The translations under genes and the position numbers were made by a program. A stretch of 63,260 nt of DNA, counting the filler, from Octopus bimaculoides (Eukaryota): the NCBI RefSeq assembly GCF_001194135.2. It is 6 parts of 4 records of this genome, joined end to end, with 100 filler letters (N's around TTAATTAATTAA, not from the genome) between each part and the next. Parts side by side here need not be neighbours in the genome. Positions count along the whole stretch, not along the records: positions 1 to 19,614 come from NC_068982.1; positions 19,715 to 37,345 come from NC_068997.1; 4 more parts are not named here. One strand, 5' to 3'. The notes below the pieces were generated by a model. The model was not told the DNA's origin. It made no database searches and saw nothing but the letters and a program-made list of their open reading frames with translations. This document shows, piece after piece, positions 13,051-26,205 of the stretch (position 1 is the stretch's first letter; every line of letters begins with the position of its first letter).

Positions 13051-13644
13051 GTTGTTTTTTCATAAGAATAATGTTACATGAGGAAGATTTTGGTTACTAT
13101 TTCTTTTTGGTGAAACGACCACATGGTAGATCCCGCATTAGCTTTGGCTGAGAGAGTTGCTAACAAGAAAGAATTTGTAAGGAGTGTGTTAAAGTGAAAA
13201 TAAACGATGAAAAAATATAGGGAGAAAAATTTTTTTAAAAAAGAGTTAGGTATGGAATACCAAATGAGCAGTTACGTCTTGTAATAGTCAATTGAATCAA
13301 ATGGAAAATTTGTAGCATGTTGCCTGACGCCCCAAGTCAAACTTGACTGAGTAGACTTTCGATTGAGTAATGAAAGTATTCAACCGTAACCATCTTACTA
13401 CCTTCTTTTTAGCATATTCATGGAGCACCATGGACTACATTGTCCAAATTTGGTCAACAGTTTTCTTTATGACCGTACGATGTCATTTGAAATTGCAGTA
13501 AGTCGGCCTTGGTTGAAAAGACGACATAGTATCAAGCGCTTCCATCCGTGATCATTCCATTCTTTCTTCTCCTTTCTTTTTTTTTTTTTGGTCATGTATA
13601 GTATACGATACTGGTTGTTTCTTTAGCACTTTAAGTTTTTACAA

Positions 13645-13850
13645 GGTCGAGCTGCTAGCCCAATGCCTAACCTTCCTCCTTTCTCATCCTGGACTTGGGA
13701 CCAGGCCACCACGGAGATAATTGGCTATCACTGATTGCCCGATGTGCCGCTCGAAGACACCAACGGACCGAAGGAGAAGAAGAAGGAGGAGGAGGAGGAG
13801 GAGGAGGAGGAGGAGAAGAAGAAGAAGAAGAAGAAGAAGAAGAAGAAGAA
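13645..13850 (+). mobile_element. Probable LINE 3' end with (GAG/GAA)n tail
   Basis: Short C-terminal-like peptide NWLSLIARCAARRHQRT running directly into a purine trinucleotide tail. Confidence 0.35.
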
Positions 13851-16800
13851 GCGTGTACCACAAGCTGTATTATTCAATGTGGCCTTCTGTTTTTTTTCCG
13901 CCTTAGTCTTGCTAAAGACGGCAAATGTGATTGAGGGAGATTCTGGCTACTGTTTCTAGTGAACGGAACGAGCACGTAGTGGTTCCTTCATTAGTTTGGG
14001 TTGTGAGAAATGCAGACAGTGGGCGCCGTGCTATCGAACTTGCGAGACATAGTGCATTGAAATGAGGAATCAGTTTACTAGCATCGTTTAGCATAGCTGT
14101 CGTTAAATGTAATATATTTTGTTTACTAAATTGTCTATATTTGCTTTTCTGTTTTTTAGAGGAATTACAACAACAACAACAACAACAACAACAAAACACC
14201 AATGACAATAAAAAAACAACCACGATAATGGACAAAACACACACACACACACATACAAAAAAGGAAGAAAAAACCAGTAAATATAGACCTTTTTTTCCTG
14301 AGCCTGTTAAAGAGTTATATATTACTGCAAACGAAAATGATATCTACCTAAGTTAACAAGTGAAAACAAAAATAATTATAACATTTAAACCAATTAAGTC
14401 CTGGTGATGGAGTTAATGTATGTTAAGCGATATACTTTTATTTATTTGATTATTTATTTATCAATTGAATTATTTATTTATTTACTTATTTAATCATTTA
14501 TTCATTCATTTATTTAGATTTCCTTCTAGACAAACGTGTGTGCGTGTGTGTATATGTGTGTGCGTGCGCGCGTGCGCGTTTCTGCTATTTTGTTCCTGTT
14601 CTTTCGTCGGTTTTTTTTTTGGCGGGAGGAGGGGTTGTTATTTATTGCTATTGTTGTTATTGTTGCTGCTGCAGCTGCTGTTGACGTCGTTGTTTTAGTT
14701 TAATCTACCAAGCATATGGTGTGTCTTCATAGTAGCACAACCTTCTCGTAGGTTCGTCAATTACATGTCGATAACTCGTTACCTGTTAACCAGCCAGACG
14801 TAAGAAAATAAACCCAAAACAGATCATTCATCCATTATTGCACAGTAAAAACACGCACGCGCACACGTTTACATTAATATGCATGCACATGTAAAAAAAT
14901 AAATAAATGTGCATTCACGTACAGTTATGAATTTGCATCACACACACACACACACCCGCATACACGTATATACTGATAGAGAGAGGCATGAAGGCAGATT
15001 CACTTATATACTCACTCATGCGCACACATATTCACACAGATACATACAGCAACACGCGCATCTTTATATATCCTCTAGCAGTTCATGCAACTACTTCTAC
15101 AGAAGGCAGATTTTTTTTTCTTTTACTGCAGGTCGCTGTGATTTTTTTTATTTATTTACCAATTTGTTATTTTTGCATTTTCTAATATTGACAATCTTTC
15201 CAAACCATTTATATAACTGTCTGTCTTTTCTAACATCTTTGTACCGATTAAAACACAGTCTGTGAAGAATTACTTCAATAATACCGTACTACTTTAATGC
15301 ATCTGTGCAACTAAATAGATTAATATAATCAATTAATTTTATTTCTTTTCATTTCAAAAGCAATTCTTTTGTTTACTCGTTTGTTTGTTTTTTTCCCGCT
15401 CACTCAGAAAAAAAAATCTTATAGCAGAGAATAGCGCAGAATTTTGCCGCGTAAATTATACAGCGATTCTATGTCATACAGTTCTACTTGATGTAAACAT
15501 TATCATATGACATCATCACGATCACATTCGTCTTCACTCATGAATTTTATAAATTTGATAAAAAATATTCTTGAAAATGCCTTACTATATAATATTATAT
15601 AATACTACATTAGATATTTTTTTTTTTTAATCTATAAGAATGTATAGGTGCACGCTGAGATTAAACCGAATAAAAAGATTTGCAGGTGCCACGCGTTTTC
15701 AGTTCAATTTTTTCAACCGGAGTCAACATTACATTTTAACTATCAAGAGTTCATAAAATAAAGGTAAGATAGTGGGATGAATTTGAATAACTGTGTAACC
15801 TTCTTTAATAGAAAATTATTGTTATTAGATTAGAATAGTTGTGGTCGGGTAACAAAAATTGAAAGGGAGAATTAGCTGAAACAAAAATCTTATGCTACTA
15901 GGGACCAGGTTTATACTTGAATTCTCCCCCGACGACGATATCTATAAAACGAGGGTCCTTATCTGTTTACATTATCCCATCCTTCCTTAAACCAAAGATT
16001 GATTTTCTATAATACAACAATATTTTTGCTTATTGTTGATTTTGTTGCTTCTATTGTTGACATGAAAAACAAATATGACGAATAAAACATGTAACAAAAA
16101 GACAAAGCTACAGTGCAATTCATGACTGTTTGTGCAGTTTACTGCTATCGTTGTAGCAACGTAACTGCTCTAAAACTACTCCGATGTCATTTGTCATTCC
16201 TATGTGAATAGATTAAAAAAAGGAGGTATCTATAATGAACAGGGTTCAATCGATTATATTCTTTGGTATAGAGAAAATAAATCACCTCTAGTGTTATCTA
16301 GTCGCTATTAAGAAATAACACAAAGGGAGTTATAATGCTACACTCGCTTCTGAATCCCTATCTCATTACAAAGGTTGCATTCAGTCTTTGTGTGAAGAAT
16401 TTAATTCTACTTGCCTGAAGCTTCATAGTTAATTAAGAACACTTTTTTATTATTATTGATTGACACATCATCCTGCTAACTTGAATCGACTGGATTGTTC
16501 ATTGACTAGTTCAAAGAGTTGCGCTGGTAAAATGATAAGCGTTGCAACCCTTCTTTTCTAAGTCCTATACATCTAAGATGCTTTACTTGCACGGGCTAAA
16601 TTACACTAAGAATGGATTGTTTCATTCGTTTGAGACTGATAAAATAATGGTTAATTAATAAACAAATATGGATTATATTAACTCTATGACGTCTCTTTAT
16701 AGTGTTATATGTGTATATAAAAGAAATTATATTTTACGTACTTTTGCTAATTCCTTGGAAATATATTTCAATGTCACAACCTGACACTTACCTGCTTTTA

Positions 16801-17277
16801 CAAACAATAAATTTGCAGGTATTAACTATTGCTTTGTTTTTTTTTGTAAGGTGCCGAGACAACATTATGCAACAGTAAATTAAAAAGTAGTTTATGTTAA
16901 ACAATAACAAAAAAAAATCACTCTTTACTTTTTAGTTTTTTTACAAAACTGTAGCAATTTGTAGGAGGTAAAATAGGTTCAATGATTGTATTTATTCCTG
17001 AAAGATATTAACAAACCATCATTATATTTGATAATATTGTTTAGTCATAGGTGTTTCTTGATTGAATAACTATGACCAATTGCTTCCAGCCTGTGATCAT
17101 CCCTTTTATTTTTTTATTTTTATATCAGGGAGTTTATTATCGTAGGAATTTGACTGCTTATTATCAAAGGAACGAGGACTGGTCGCAGAATAATCAGGGC
17201 GTGTAGACAAGCCAACACATAATGCACATCACGGTTACTGGGTTTATAGTTTTTCAAAGAGTTTCTTTCAGACTTAC

Positions 17278-17444
17278 TTGATCTTTAGTTATTGGTCGTA
17301 TCACCTTCCCCGTAAGGCAATAGAGGTTTAAATTTAGGACACTTGTTATTCCGAACTTTGTTACAGACTGATCAGCATGGTAGCTAGCATTGTCAATTTG
17401 AAGAGCAGCCCAGGGAAACAGGGAAATAACTGGATTGGGGAAAG
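17278..17444 (-). CDS. Candidate exon E (167 nt): FPNPVISLFPWAALQIDNASYHADQSVTKFGITSVLNLNLYCLTGKVIRPITKDQ; DSP-like motif FGITSVLNL
   Basis: TACAG| acceptor (alternative CCAG| at 17429) and CAA|GTAAGT donor. 55 open codons; phase 1 in, compatible with the exon D donor. Confidence 0.35.
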
Positions 17445-18359
17445 CTGTATATTATGCTTGAGTATACCTACACCAGATCTTACGATTTCTAACAAAAAGC
17501 ATTCGTTGACAAAACAGTATACAAAGGAGGAAGTAAAGTTGTTCAAGTATATTTCCTTCCTATCTTCATCGCCCTTCCCCACTCTCTTCTTCGCTTTTGC
17601 TCTATGAATTTATTTGTGTATTCCATGTCTGTTCCCCCACCTTGTAATGATAAAAAAATGTTTTGTTCTGTAAGCAATAGCTTGACATTTTTTAAAAAAC
17701 TTCCCTCGTAGTACTCAGTAAGTAACTAAGATAAGCCTTATCTTAAAATCCTTTATTGGAGGCAATCAGTGGACATAAGAATGAATAGAATGTGGATCAC
17801 GTTTGACAACCAAAAACAACTAATTTTACGCATCTCTGGAATTAATATAGCAAATCCGTATTTGCTGTTTTGGTCTCTCGGCAAAGATACTTTCAGTTTT
17901 TACCGCTTCTATGTGCAGTCAACAAGAAATCTATAGGTTCAGTCTGACTAACTGCAGTTTGGTGCCATTAAGAAGTTCAGTATGGTAAATAAAACTTTGA
18001 TAATCTAATCATATGCATATATATTATGAAGTGGCTTTTATATTAGCTTTGACGAAAAATTTTTCTGCCCCTGTGCAAGAGAAGTAAAGTGAAATGATCG
18101 TTTCTTCAATTTTTCATTCTAATGATACAGATGATAGAGAAAATGGATGTGTGCTGGTTCTTCATTTCTTGAAAGTTATCAGAGAACTGAGTGAAAGATT
18201 GGAACTTGGAATCAATCGATACCGTGTGGCAAAAGTGATTTCCTATAAAGCATTGAAGGCTCGAAGAGTATTGTCATTTCATAAACGTATTTTCCACAGA
18301 GATTTTTGAACTAAGAACCAAAAACTTGTCACGCACTCATTTCCGAGCATACCTCCGTG

Positions 18360-18425
<66 letters not shown>
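18360..18425 (+). repeat. (CTA)n microsatellite
   Basis: Direct reading. Confidence 0.95.
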
Positions 18426-18834
18426 AGATAGTGCTGCTGTGCTGCTGCAGCTGATAATGTTGCTGAAGGTGATGATGATGAAGTGGTGGACGACAACGAC
18501 TACGATAACTACGACGATGGCGACAACGACAACGAAGCCATGTTAACAACAATTTCTCATATTGGTATAAGTCCAAAACTTCAATGGTGGTTTTTAATCT
18601 TTTGCATCGACGTAGTTATTTGTGGAAATAGTCATCAAAATATTAATAATAATTTTAAAATTAGGACGCGGTCGATAACTTGTTTTCGAAAACAGTCATG
18701 TTGATCAAATCATTTCCTTATCTGACACATTACATTGTCCGGGATTTACATTCAGAACATGTAGGTAATAATAATAATAATATTAATAATAATAATAATA
18801 ATAATAATAATTTCTACTAAAGNNNNNNNNNNAT

Positions 18835-19017
18835 TTTGGGGGAGGGGCTAGTCGATTACATCGACCTCAGCATTTGACGGGTACTTCATTCATCGACCCG
18901 AAAAAGTAAAAGACAAAGTCGACTTCGGCGAAGTTTGAACTCAGAACGTAGCCACGGTCGAAATACCACTAAGTATTTCGTCCAGCGTGCTAACAATTCT
19001 GCCAGCTCATCGCCTTA
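18835..19017 (-). mobile_element. SINE-A copy, CpGs retained
   Basis: Reverse complement of the SINE-A core ending CTGCCAGCTCATCGCCTT. Confidence 0.8.
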
Positions 19018-19267
19018 ATAATATTAATTTCCCATTTCCCCACTTTATTTTCTTTGTCTACTTTTTTTATTTTTCATTTTTTTATTGTTTCTCTCTGTCT
19101 TTCTGCCCTTTCTCTCTATCACTTGACTTTGTAAATGGACAATTTGGTATGTTTATTTTAATGGCCTACCAATGTATACAATGCGTTTCTCTGCCCTAGG
19201 TGTCAAGAAGACACTCGGCAAGAAATAGAAACAGAATGGAAAGAAGATGATAATGAAAATGGTTTTG

Positions 19268-19324
<57 letters not shown>

Positions 19325-19327
<3 letters not shown>

Positions 19328-19614
19328 TTCCAGGGAGACACGCTCTCTCCACTCCCGTTCTGCCTGGCATTCACACCTTTAACAGAATTGCTAAATAGAA
19401 CTGGATGCGGTTACAAATGCTACGGAAAAACAGTCAGCCACCTTCTATATATGGATGACCTAAAATTATATGCTAAAAACGACAAAGAGCTAGAAACACT
19501 ACTACAGACAGTACACGGCTTTACCAAGGAAATAGATATGAAATTCGGATTAGAAAAATGTGCCAAAGCAACCCTGAAAAGAGGAAAATTAGTTAAAAGC
19601 AGCAATATAACACT
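19325..19614 (+). mobile_element. R4/Dong-like RT fragment starting directly after (AAT)n, running into a gap
   Basis: IFQGDTLSPLPFCLAFTPLTELLNRTGCGY..SHLLYMDDLKLY..FGLEKCA with intact YMDD; homologous to ORF 55118-56011. Confidence 0.9.
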
Positions 19615-19714
19615 NNNNNNNNNNNNNNNNNNNNNNNNNNNNNNNNNNNNNNNNNNNNTTAATTAATTAANNNNNNNNNNNNNNNNNNNNNNNNNNNNNN
19701 NNNNNNNNNNNNNN
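19615..19714. other. Assembly placeholder gap: 44 N + TTAATTAATTAA + 44 N (also at about 37346, 49060, 57404 and 61488)
   Basis: An identical 12-mer sits centred in 100-nt N runs. Confidence 0.9.
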
Positions 19715-19835
19715 TATAAAGTGCCATGCAGTTGGGGAAAGAAAACAACCCTTACTGTACTTTTTAGGGACTCTCAAAGGAAAGGGAAAATAATTTCAAT
19801 AAATAAACATACACACACACACATATGTATATATC

Positions 19836-20330
19836 ATCAACATTGTTTAACGTCCACTTTCCATGCTAGCATGGCTTGGATCATTTGACTGAGTTCTGGT
19901 GAACCAAATGGCTGCACCAGGCTCCAATCTGATCTCGCAGAGTTTCTGCAGCTGGATGCCCTTCCTAACGCCAACCACTCCGAGAATGTAGTGGGTGTTT
20001 TTACGTGCCACCAGCACGAGGGCCAGTCAGGTGGTACTGGCAATGGCCATGCTCAAAATGGTGCATTTTACATGCCACCTGCACAGGAGCCAGTCCAGTG
20101 ACACTAGCAATGACTGCGCTCGAATGTTTTCTAACGTGCCACCGGCACAAGTGCCAGTAATGCGACGCTGGTAACAATCATAATCAAACGGTGCTATTTA
20201 TGTGCCACTGGCACGGAGGCCAGACAGCTGCTCAGGCAATGATGACACTCGGACGGTGTTGTTAGTGCTCCACTGGCACAGGTGCTGTCATCGAATATGG
20301 TTCAATTACGATTTCGGTTTCGATTTGGGA
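19836..20330 (+). mobile_element. Retroposon/SINE-D with internal GTGCCACC.GCAC repeats; an inverted second copy at about 36050-36335
   Basis: GCTGGATGCCCTTCCTAACGCCAACCA core with five (T/C)GTGCCAC-type subrepeats. The reverse-complement homologue lies at 36050-36335. Confidence 0.65.
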
Positions 20331-20489
20331 AGATAGTATGAGGATGGAGGGCAATATGGTGAACTTGTATTTAAAGGTGCTCTGTGTGGGAATTGAACAA
20401 AATGCACTCTTACAAAGTAAACTTCTTCTTGGCTATGCAGCGGTGCCTGTTCCAATCTCTCTCTCTCTCCCTATCTCTCTCTCTCTCTA

Positions 20490-20533
<44 letters not shown>

Positions 20534-21063
20534 GCTCTCTCTCTNNNNNNNNNNNNNNNNNNNNNNNNNNNNNNNNNNNNNNNNNNNNNNNNNNNNNNNN
20601 NNNNNNNNNNNNNNNNNNNNNNNNNNNNNNNNNNNNNNNNNNNNNNNNNNNNNNNNNNNNNNNNNNNNNNNNNNNNNNNNNNNNNNNNNNNNNNNNNNNN
20701 NNNNNNNNNNNNNNNNNNNNNNNNNNNNNNNNNNNNNNNNNNNNNNNNNNNNNNNNNNNNNNNNNNNNNNNNNNNNNNNNNNNNNNNNNNNNNNNNNNNN
20801 NNNNNNNNNNNNNNNNNNNNNNNNNNNNNNNNNNNNNNNNNNNNNNNNNNNNNNNNNNNNNNNNNNNNNNNNNNNNNNNNNNNNNNNNNNNNNNNNNNNN
20901 NNNNNNNNNNNNNNNNNNNNNNNNNNNNNNNNNNNNNNNNNNNNNNNNNNNNNNNNNNNNNNNNNNNNNNNNNNNNNNNNNNNNNNNNNNNNNNNNNNNN
21001 NNNNNNNNNNNNNNNNNNNNNNNNNNNNNNNNNNNNNNNNNNNNNNNNNNNNNNNNNNNNNNN

Positions 21064-21123
<60 letters not shown>

Positions 21124-21375
21124 GTATAAATATATACAGACACACAAACATACATATATATGTGTGTGTGTACTCATATATATATATATATCTATATATA
21201 TCACATGTATATACACACACACTCTCTTTATCCCACCCCCTCACTCACTCACACATACCTATAATGAAAACCAAACCAACTGTAGTTTCTTTTGTTGTTC
21301 ATTATAAGGGTGTTGTATGTTCATACAGTTATTGTTATCAACATTTGATGGTGGTGGGGTTTAGTTGTTGTTCTT

Positions 21376-21415
<40 letters not shown>

Positions 21416-22481
21416 CTTACTTATTTTTGGTTCTTTATGAAAGTTATTTATGGCTATTCATTGTTTCTGAAAGGTCCACTGGTCAAATATTCTCACATAT
21501 GCACATATGGCGGCATGCACACAGATGCAGAAACATAATAATATCCGAGAGTTTTGAAATGACATAAGAACAATAGGCGAACACTTAATGAGAAACTTGG
21601 CCCCAAAAATAAGCAATATGACAAATGGTATTGTTGCATTTTCTTATTAACAAAAACAAAAAAAAAAAAACCAACAAAAAACTAAAACCCAAACAACGGC
21701 CATGAATGTACAACAAATGAAATAACTGCTGAACAAGCTTTCTGGCTATTGTTGTTTGAGGTGAGTGAGGAGGGATTATTTTTATCATAGACTGTAACTT
21801 GTAACTTATTATTACATAGTCGTTCCACTATTTTGGTTATGACATCTTATATACGTGTGTATAAGCAATGTATGTTTGGATAAATATTTTTGTGTTTTAG
21901 CATATTGGCTCTATGTGTGCATGTAATATAATTCCCTTATTACACATCTCCCTTAACAATATAGATATATTTATTTTGTGGGATGGTGTGCTTTGCTATT
22001 TCCTCTTTTTCAATTGCCATACCAAAAGTGGTATTATTTAGTTGGGCATTATGCCTACGAGACAAAAAAAAAAAAAATCCCTGGTTTGGTTCCAATAAAA
22101 TACTTAGTAATATTTTTGTTTTTCTATTTAAACAGCAATGCATGGTTTTCTCAAGATTTCCTGAAACAGCATAAAAATAGCATAGCATCAGCTTTGAAGA
22201 TTTATTCCATAAAAGATGAAACCATTTATGATATTTAATTGTTTTAAATACATTTAGATCTCAGATTTTGGGGGTTTTTCTTTTTTTTTTTTGGTGGTGG
22301 GGGGGACAAGAAATATTGTATTTGTTGGTGGGCTTACTTGATATTCCCCGCCATTTCACAAACTGTATGTATTAAATAGAAGTTCTTAATGTACTTAAGT
22401 ATTTGAACATAACTAAATTCTGACAAAAAATCTTAACAGAGCTAAAGAAGAAGAAAATCTGTCTCTTAGAATAAGTTATGG

Positions 22482-22550
22482 TAATGGCTGTGTGGTAAGT
22501 AGCTTGCTTACCAACCACGTGGTCCTGGGTTCAGTCCCACTGCATGGACA
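22482..22550 (+). mobile_element. SINE-B tRNA head only
   Basis: ATGGCTGTGTGGTAAGTAGCTTGCTTACCAACCACGTGGTCCTGGGTTCAGTCCCACTG. Confidence 0.75.
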
Positions 22551-22769
22551 AGATATCTCAAGAACTGCTGGATGCATTTGGATGAAACTTTCAGGAATGT
22601 TTTAGCCTTGTCACTGGCAGGAACTGATTAGCTTTTGGGATTGATCCAGTACCAGACAAGGATTCTGGATTATTTTTCCTGTTTTTCTATTTAATTTTTG
22701 AGAGCAGTCGGCTTCATTTTTAGCATTCTTGTTTGTGAGAGCAGTTGAGTTTATTTCAGATATTCTCAT

Positions 22770-23256
22770 TTAAAAATCATCTCTGAATAATCGTTGAGAG
22801 GACGTTGGTGTTGCCATGGTGGAGATAGATTTGCTCTCTCTGAGTGCTCTTGTTTATATTTGAAAAGTTTCCTCCTACTTTTTTGAATTACAAAGTCTTT
22901 GATCAGATCCTCAAAATTAATCTTAGGCAATAAATCTGCATCTATACTTAATAGAAACAAAGGCATCCCGAATATTAATTTAGCAAGTTTAAAATGATTT
23001 CTTTTGTGCTGTAAACCATTTACTATTTCTGTGGTGCCCCACCACTCCTTCCCTTGATGCTCTAGGCATGTGCTTATTTTGCTTAATGGTTAATTCAGCG
23101 CTGGCCCCATAGGTTTAGGGGCCCAATACCGATTTATGCATGCTACAGCTTGCAGTCAATAAACAAGTGCTAAAGGGCTCAGTGCACTGATTTGTACAGG
23201 TGTCTACAATACTATAGTACTGCTAAGACAGTCCTGGTCAAGCACACAGCTGATGC
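22770..23256 (-). mobile_element. hAT transposon remnant (C-terminal dimerisation motif + terminal sequences)
   Basis: LFLLSIDADLLPKINFEDLIKDFVIQKSRRKLF resembles hAT C-termini. TGCTAAGACAGTCCTG (about 23241-23256) and GGTTAATTCAGCGCTG resemble hAT-type TIR ends. Confidence 0.6.
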
Positions 23257-23469
23257 TCCTCTGACTTTTGGGAGTAAGGGACTTTGTATTCTTCTGTCTC
23301 AGAAACTTATTGTTTTTTTCTGATCTTATCACAGATAATAAAACAACATGCAATAATATACTGCAGATTATTCAAGCGAAAATTATGTCATTGAATAATC
23401 AAAAAAGAGCTTTGTATCAATCTGATAAACAAAGTGATTCTAATTGCACACAAAATTTTCTGAAATCGT

Positions 23470-23750
23470 GAAGGTGCATAGCTTAGTGGTTAGGGCATTT
23501 GGCTCATGATCATAAGGTTGTGAGTTTAGTTCCCAGCGATGCGTAGTGTCCTTGAGCAAGACACTTTATTTCATGTTGCTCCAGTCCACTCAGCTGACAA
23601 AAATGAGTAGTACCTGTATTTCAAAGGGCCGGCCTTGTCACGCTCTGTGTCTGTGGATTGCTCAGTCACTTGCACGTTAATTTTACGAGCAGGCTGTTCC
23701 GTTGATCGTATCAGCTGAGACTTATCGTTGTCGTAACCGACGGAGTGCTC
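23470..23750 (+). mobile_element. SINE-C2 (tRNA head + CORE-like central domain + shared tail)
   Basis: GCTTAGTGGTTAGGGCA..GTGTCCTTGAGCAAGACACTTTATTTC..CCAGTCCACTCAGCTG..ATTTCAAAGGGCC..CGTAACCGACGGAGTGC. Confidence 0.8.
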
Positions 23751-24896
23751 CTTTCTGAAATCAGTAGAGTTTACTCAATAATAGATTGCTAAACTCATGC
23801 AGTCTTCTAAAAAACATAACATCTTCCTGTGATATTAACAAAACTGTTTTACCAATATTTTCCGGAATATACCAAAGTAAACTACTTCAATTCAGAGATT
23901 ATTGCATAGCATTCTGCTTAATTAGAATGCTTAGTTTTATACTAAATACATCAATCTTTGACTGATAAATAAGCTTTATTCAGAATTTAACATTGTGCAT
24001 TTAAAGATTCAAATAAAATTAAAATAAACAACATAATAACATTTGCTAAGTTTTACAGGTGAATTTAATCATTTTCACCTCTTTGAGGATTCATACTATC
24101 ATTCTGTATCCTTTAATTGTTATCCATCATTCTATCATTGATTTGATTTTATTCCCATCGTCTGTCAAGTATTTCGACCATTCATTTGCTTACTTTCACC
24201 TTTCTGCTACATAATCATCCACCGACTTTCAGATCTAGTGAACCTCGACGGTTTTGTCAAGTCTTTTCCATCTTTTGCTTGATGCGCAGAGAAGTAATTA
24301 TGCTCCATTGGCAACACATAACTGATTACGGTTAACTAATTTCACCTTTACAATGACTATTACATCAAGAATAGTTTGAAATTCTTCTTAGTGATTTTAC
24401 AGATAAACTGAATGATACTCTGTGAACTTAACTTTAGGTCTTGATTTTTAATTGTAAATATTTGTGTTAACTTTTTAGAATGACCAACTTAAATGGTAAG
24501 GAAATAAAAGTGAAATCTAGAATCAACCCAAAGAGGTTATCATTACCAGAAAGAATTAGGGGTTTGATGAAAGTGTGAGGAGCTGCAAACAATAAAACAA
24601 GGTGTTTAACGTTTTTAAAATACCAGATTTGTTCAGCTATCTGTGCATATGAATGTGTGTATGTGTGTGTGCATGTGCATGTGTTTGTGTGTGTGTGTGT
24701 GTGTGTTCATGTGTTTACGTGTGTATATNNNNNNNNNNNNNNNNNNNNNNNNNNNNNNNNNNNNNNNNNNNNNNNNNNNNNNNNNNNNNNNNNNNNNNNN
24801 NNNNNNNNNNNNNNNNNNNNNNNNNNNNNNNNNNNNNNNNNNNNNNNNNNNNNNNNNNNNNNNNNNNNNNNNNNNNNNNNNNNNNNNNNNNNNNNN

Positions 24897-24935
<39 letters not shown>

Positions 24936-24962
24936 ATGCGTGTGTATATATATATATATATA

Positions 24963-25125
24963 TATGACTGGCTTCTTTCAGTTTCCGTCTACCAGATCCA
25001 CTCCTCATAAGGCTTTGGTTGGCCTGAGGCTATAGTAGAAGACATTTGCCCAAGGTGCTACACAGTGGGACTGAACCTGGAACCATAGGGCTGGGAAGCA
25101 AACTTCTTATCACATAGCCATGTTT
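24963..25125 (-). mobile_element. SINE-B copy
   Basis: GCTTCTTTCAGTTTCCGTCTACCAGATCCAC..GTGGGACTGAACCTGGAACCA. Confidence 0.8.
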
Positions 25126-25354
25126 GCGCCTATGGTGTCATACATACATAGGCACAGGCGTAATGTGTGTGTGTGTGCGTGTGTGTGTGTAAGAAATGGA
25201 CAGAAATAATGGGTTGGATACATTTATTTATTTATTATTGACTTACAGCTGTTTCAGATATGCATTTGAATGTGTCCATGGTCCAATTTTATCAATAAAT
25301 TGATTGATTGACTGAAAATATAGGGAACAATCCTCGCAATGTTTGTTTGTTTGT

Positions 25355-25390
<36 letters not shown>

Positions 25391-26029
25391 AATAAATATA
25401 CTTTCCTGGCATAACCCCCACCAAAAAAAAAAAAAAATGGAGAGCAAAAATTAAAAGAAACTGATAAAACAAAAGCCATATGATATTTAAAAGATTAAAA
25501 AGGAAATAAAAGGTTTTCAGAAAAAAATCATCAAGTGTGTGCATGTGGTTTAATTTATCATGAGTTTAAAACAATAGTTTTTGTTTGTTTTTTATTGTTT
25601 ATGCTCTCATTTAAAGCTATGTTTAAGTACCTGAATCCTACAAATCTCTGAAGCAAACATTTTAATTATCCAAAGATAATGTCTCTCCACTCTATCCAAG
25701 CCAAAACATTTCGCCATTAATTATTAGAATTACAATTTTAAGCTTCAATATTACATTATTTTAGAAATGGTGTCAAGAATTTGGAATGGCTTCAGATTCT
25801 ACAAAAGAATTATTTTGCTGCCCATCATAATTATCTCCCAACTATGAAAGGAATATATCTCTCACAATTTTATATTCAGAACTACAAGTCTGAATGTTTA
25901 AATGTATTGCCAATGTTTAAATGTATCAAATCTGTGAACAATACTACATGTCTGACTGTGACCCTTTTTTTACAAGTATCTTGCGACACATAGACAAGGA
26001 GGTATAAACCCATGCTCCATCACCACACC

Positions 26030-26205
26030 ATCATCACACGCATACAGATATACATAATGGGCTTCTTTTAGCGCCCATCTACCAAATCTGTTTCCAAAAC
26101 TTTCATGGCTTGAGATTATGGTAGAACATACTTGCTCAAGGTGCCAGACTGACCCGGTGACCATATAGTTGGGAAGCAAACTTTTTAACTCCACAGCCAT
26201 GCCTG
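26030..26205 (-). mobile_element. SINE-B copy, degraded
   Basis: GGGCTTCTTT..CTACCAAATC..GGTGCC..AGTTGGGAAGCAAACTTTTTAACTCCACAGCCAT. Confidence 0.65.

Noticed and set aside
19659-19670. Recurrent TTAATTAATTAA motif (five copies)
   Set aside because: Always centred in 100-nt N runs; a scaffolding placeholder, not biology.
22482-23540. tRNA-like A/B-box sequences (also at 10790-10860, 832-910 and elsewhere)
   Set aside because: They are SINE heads continuing into repeat bodies, with no complete cloverleaf; not tRNA genes.
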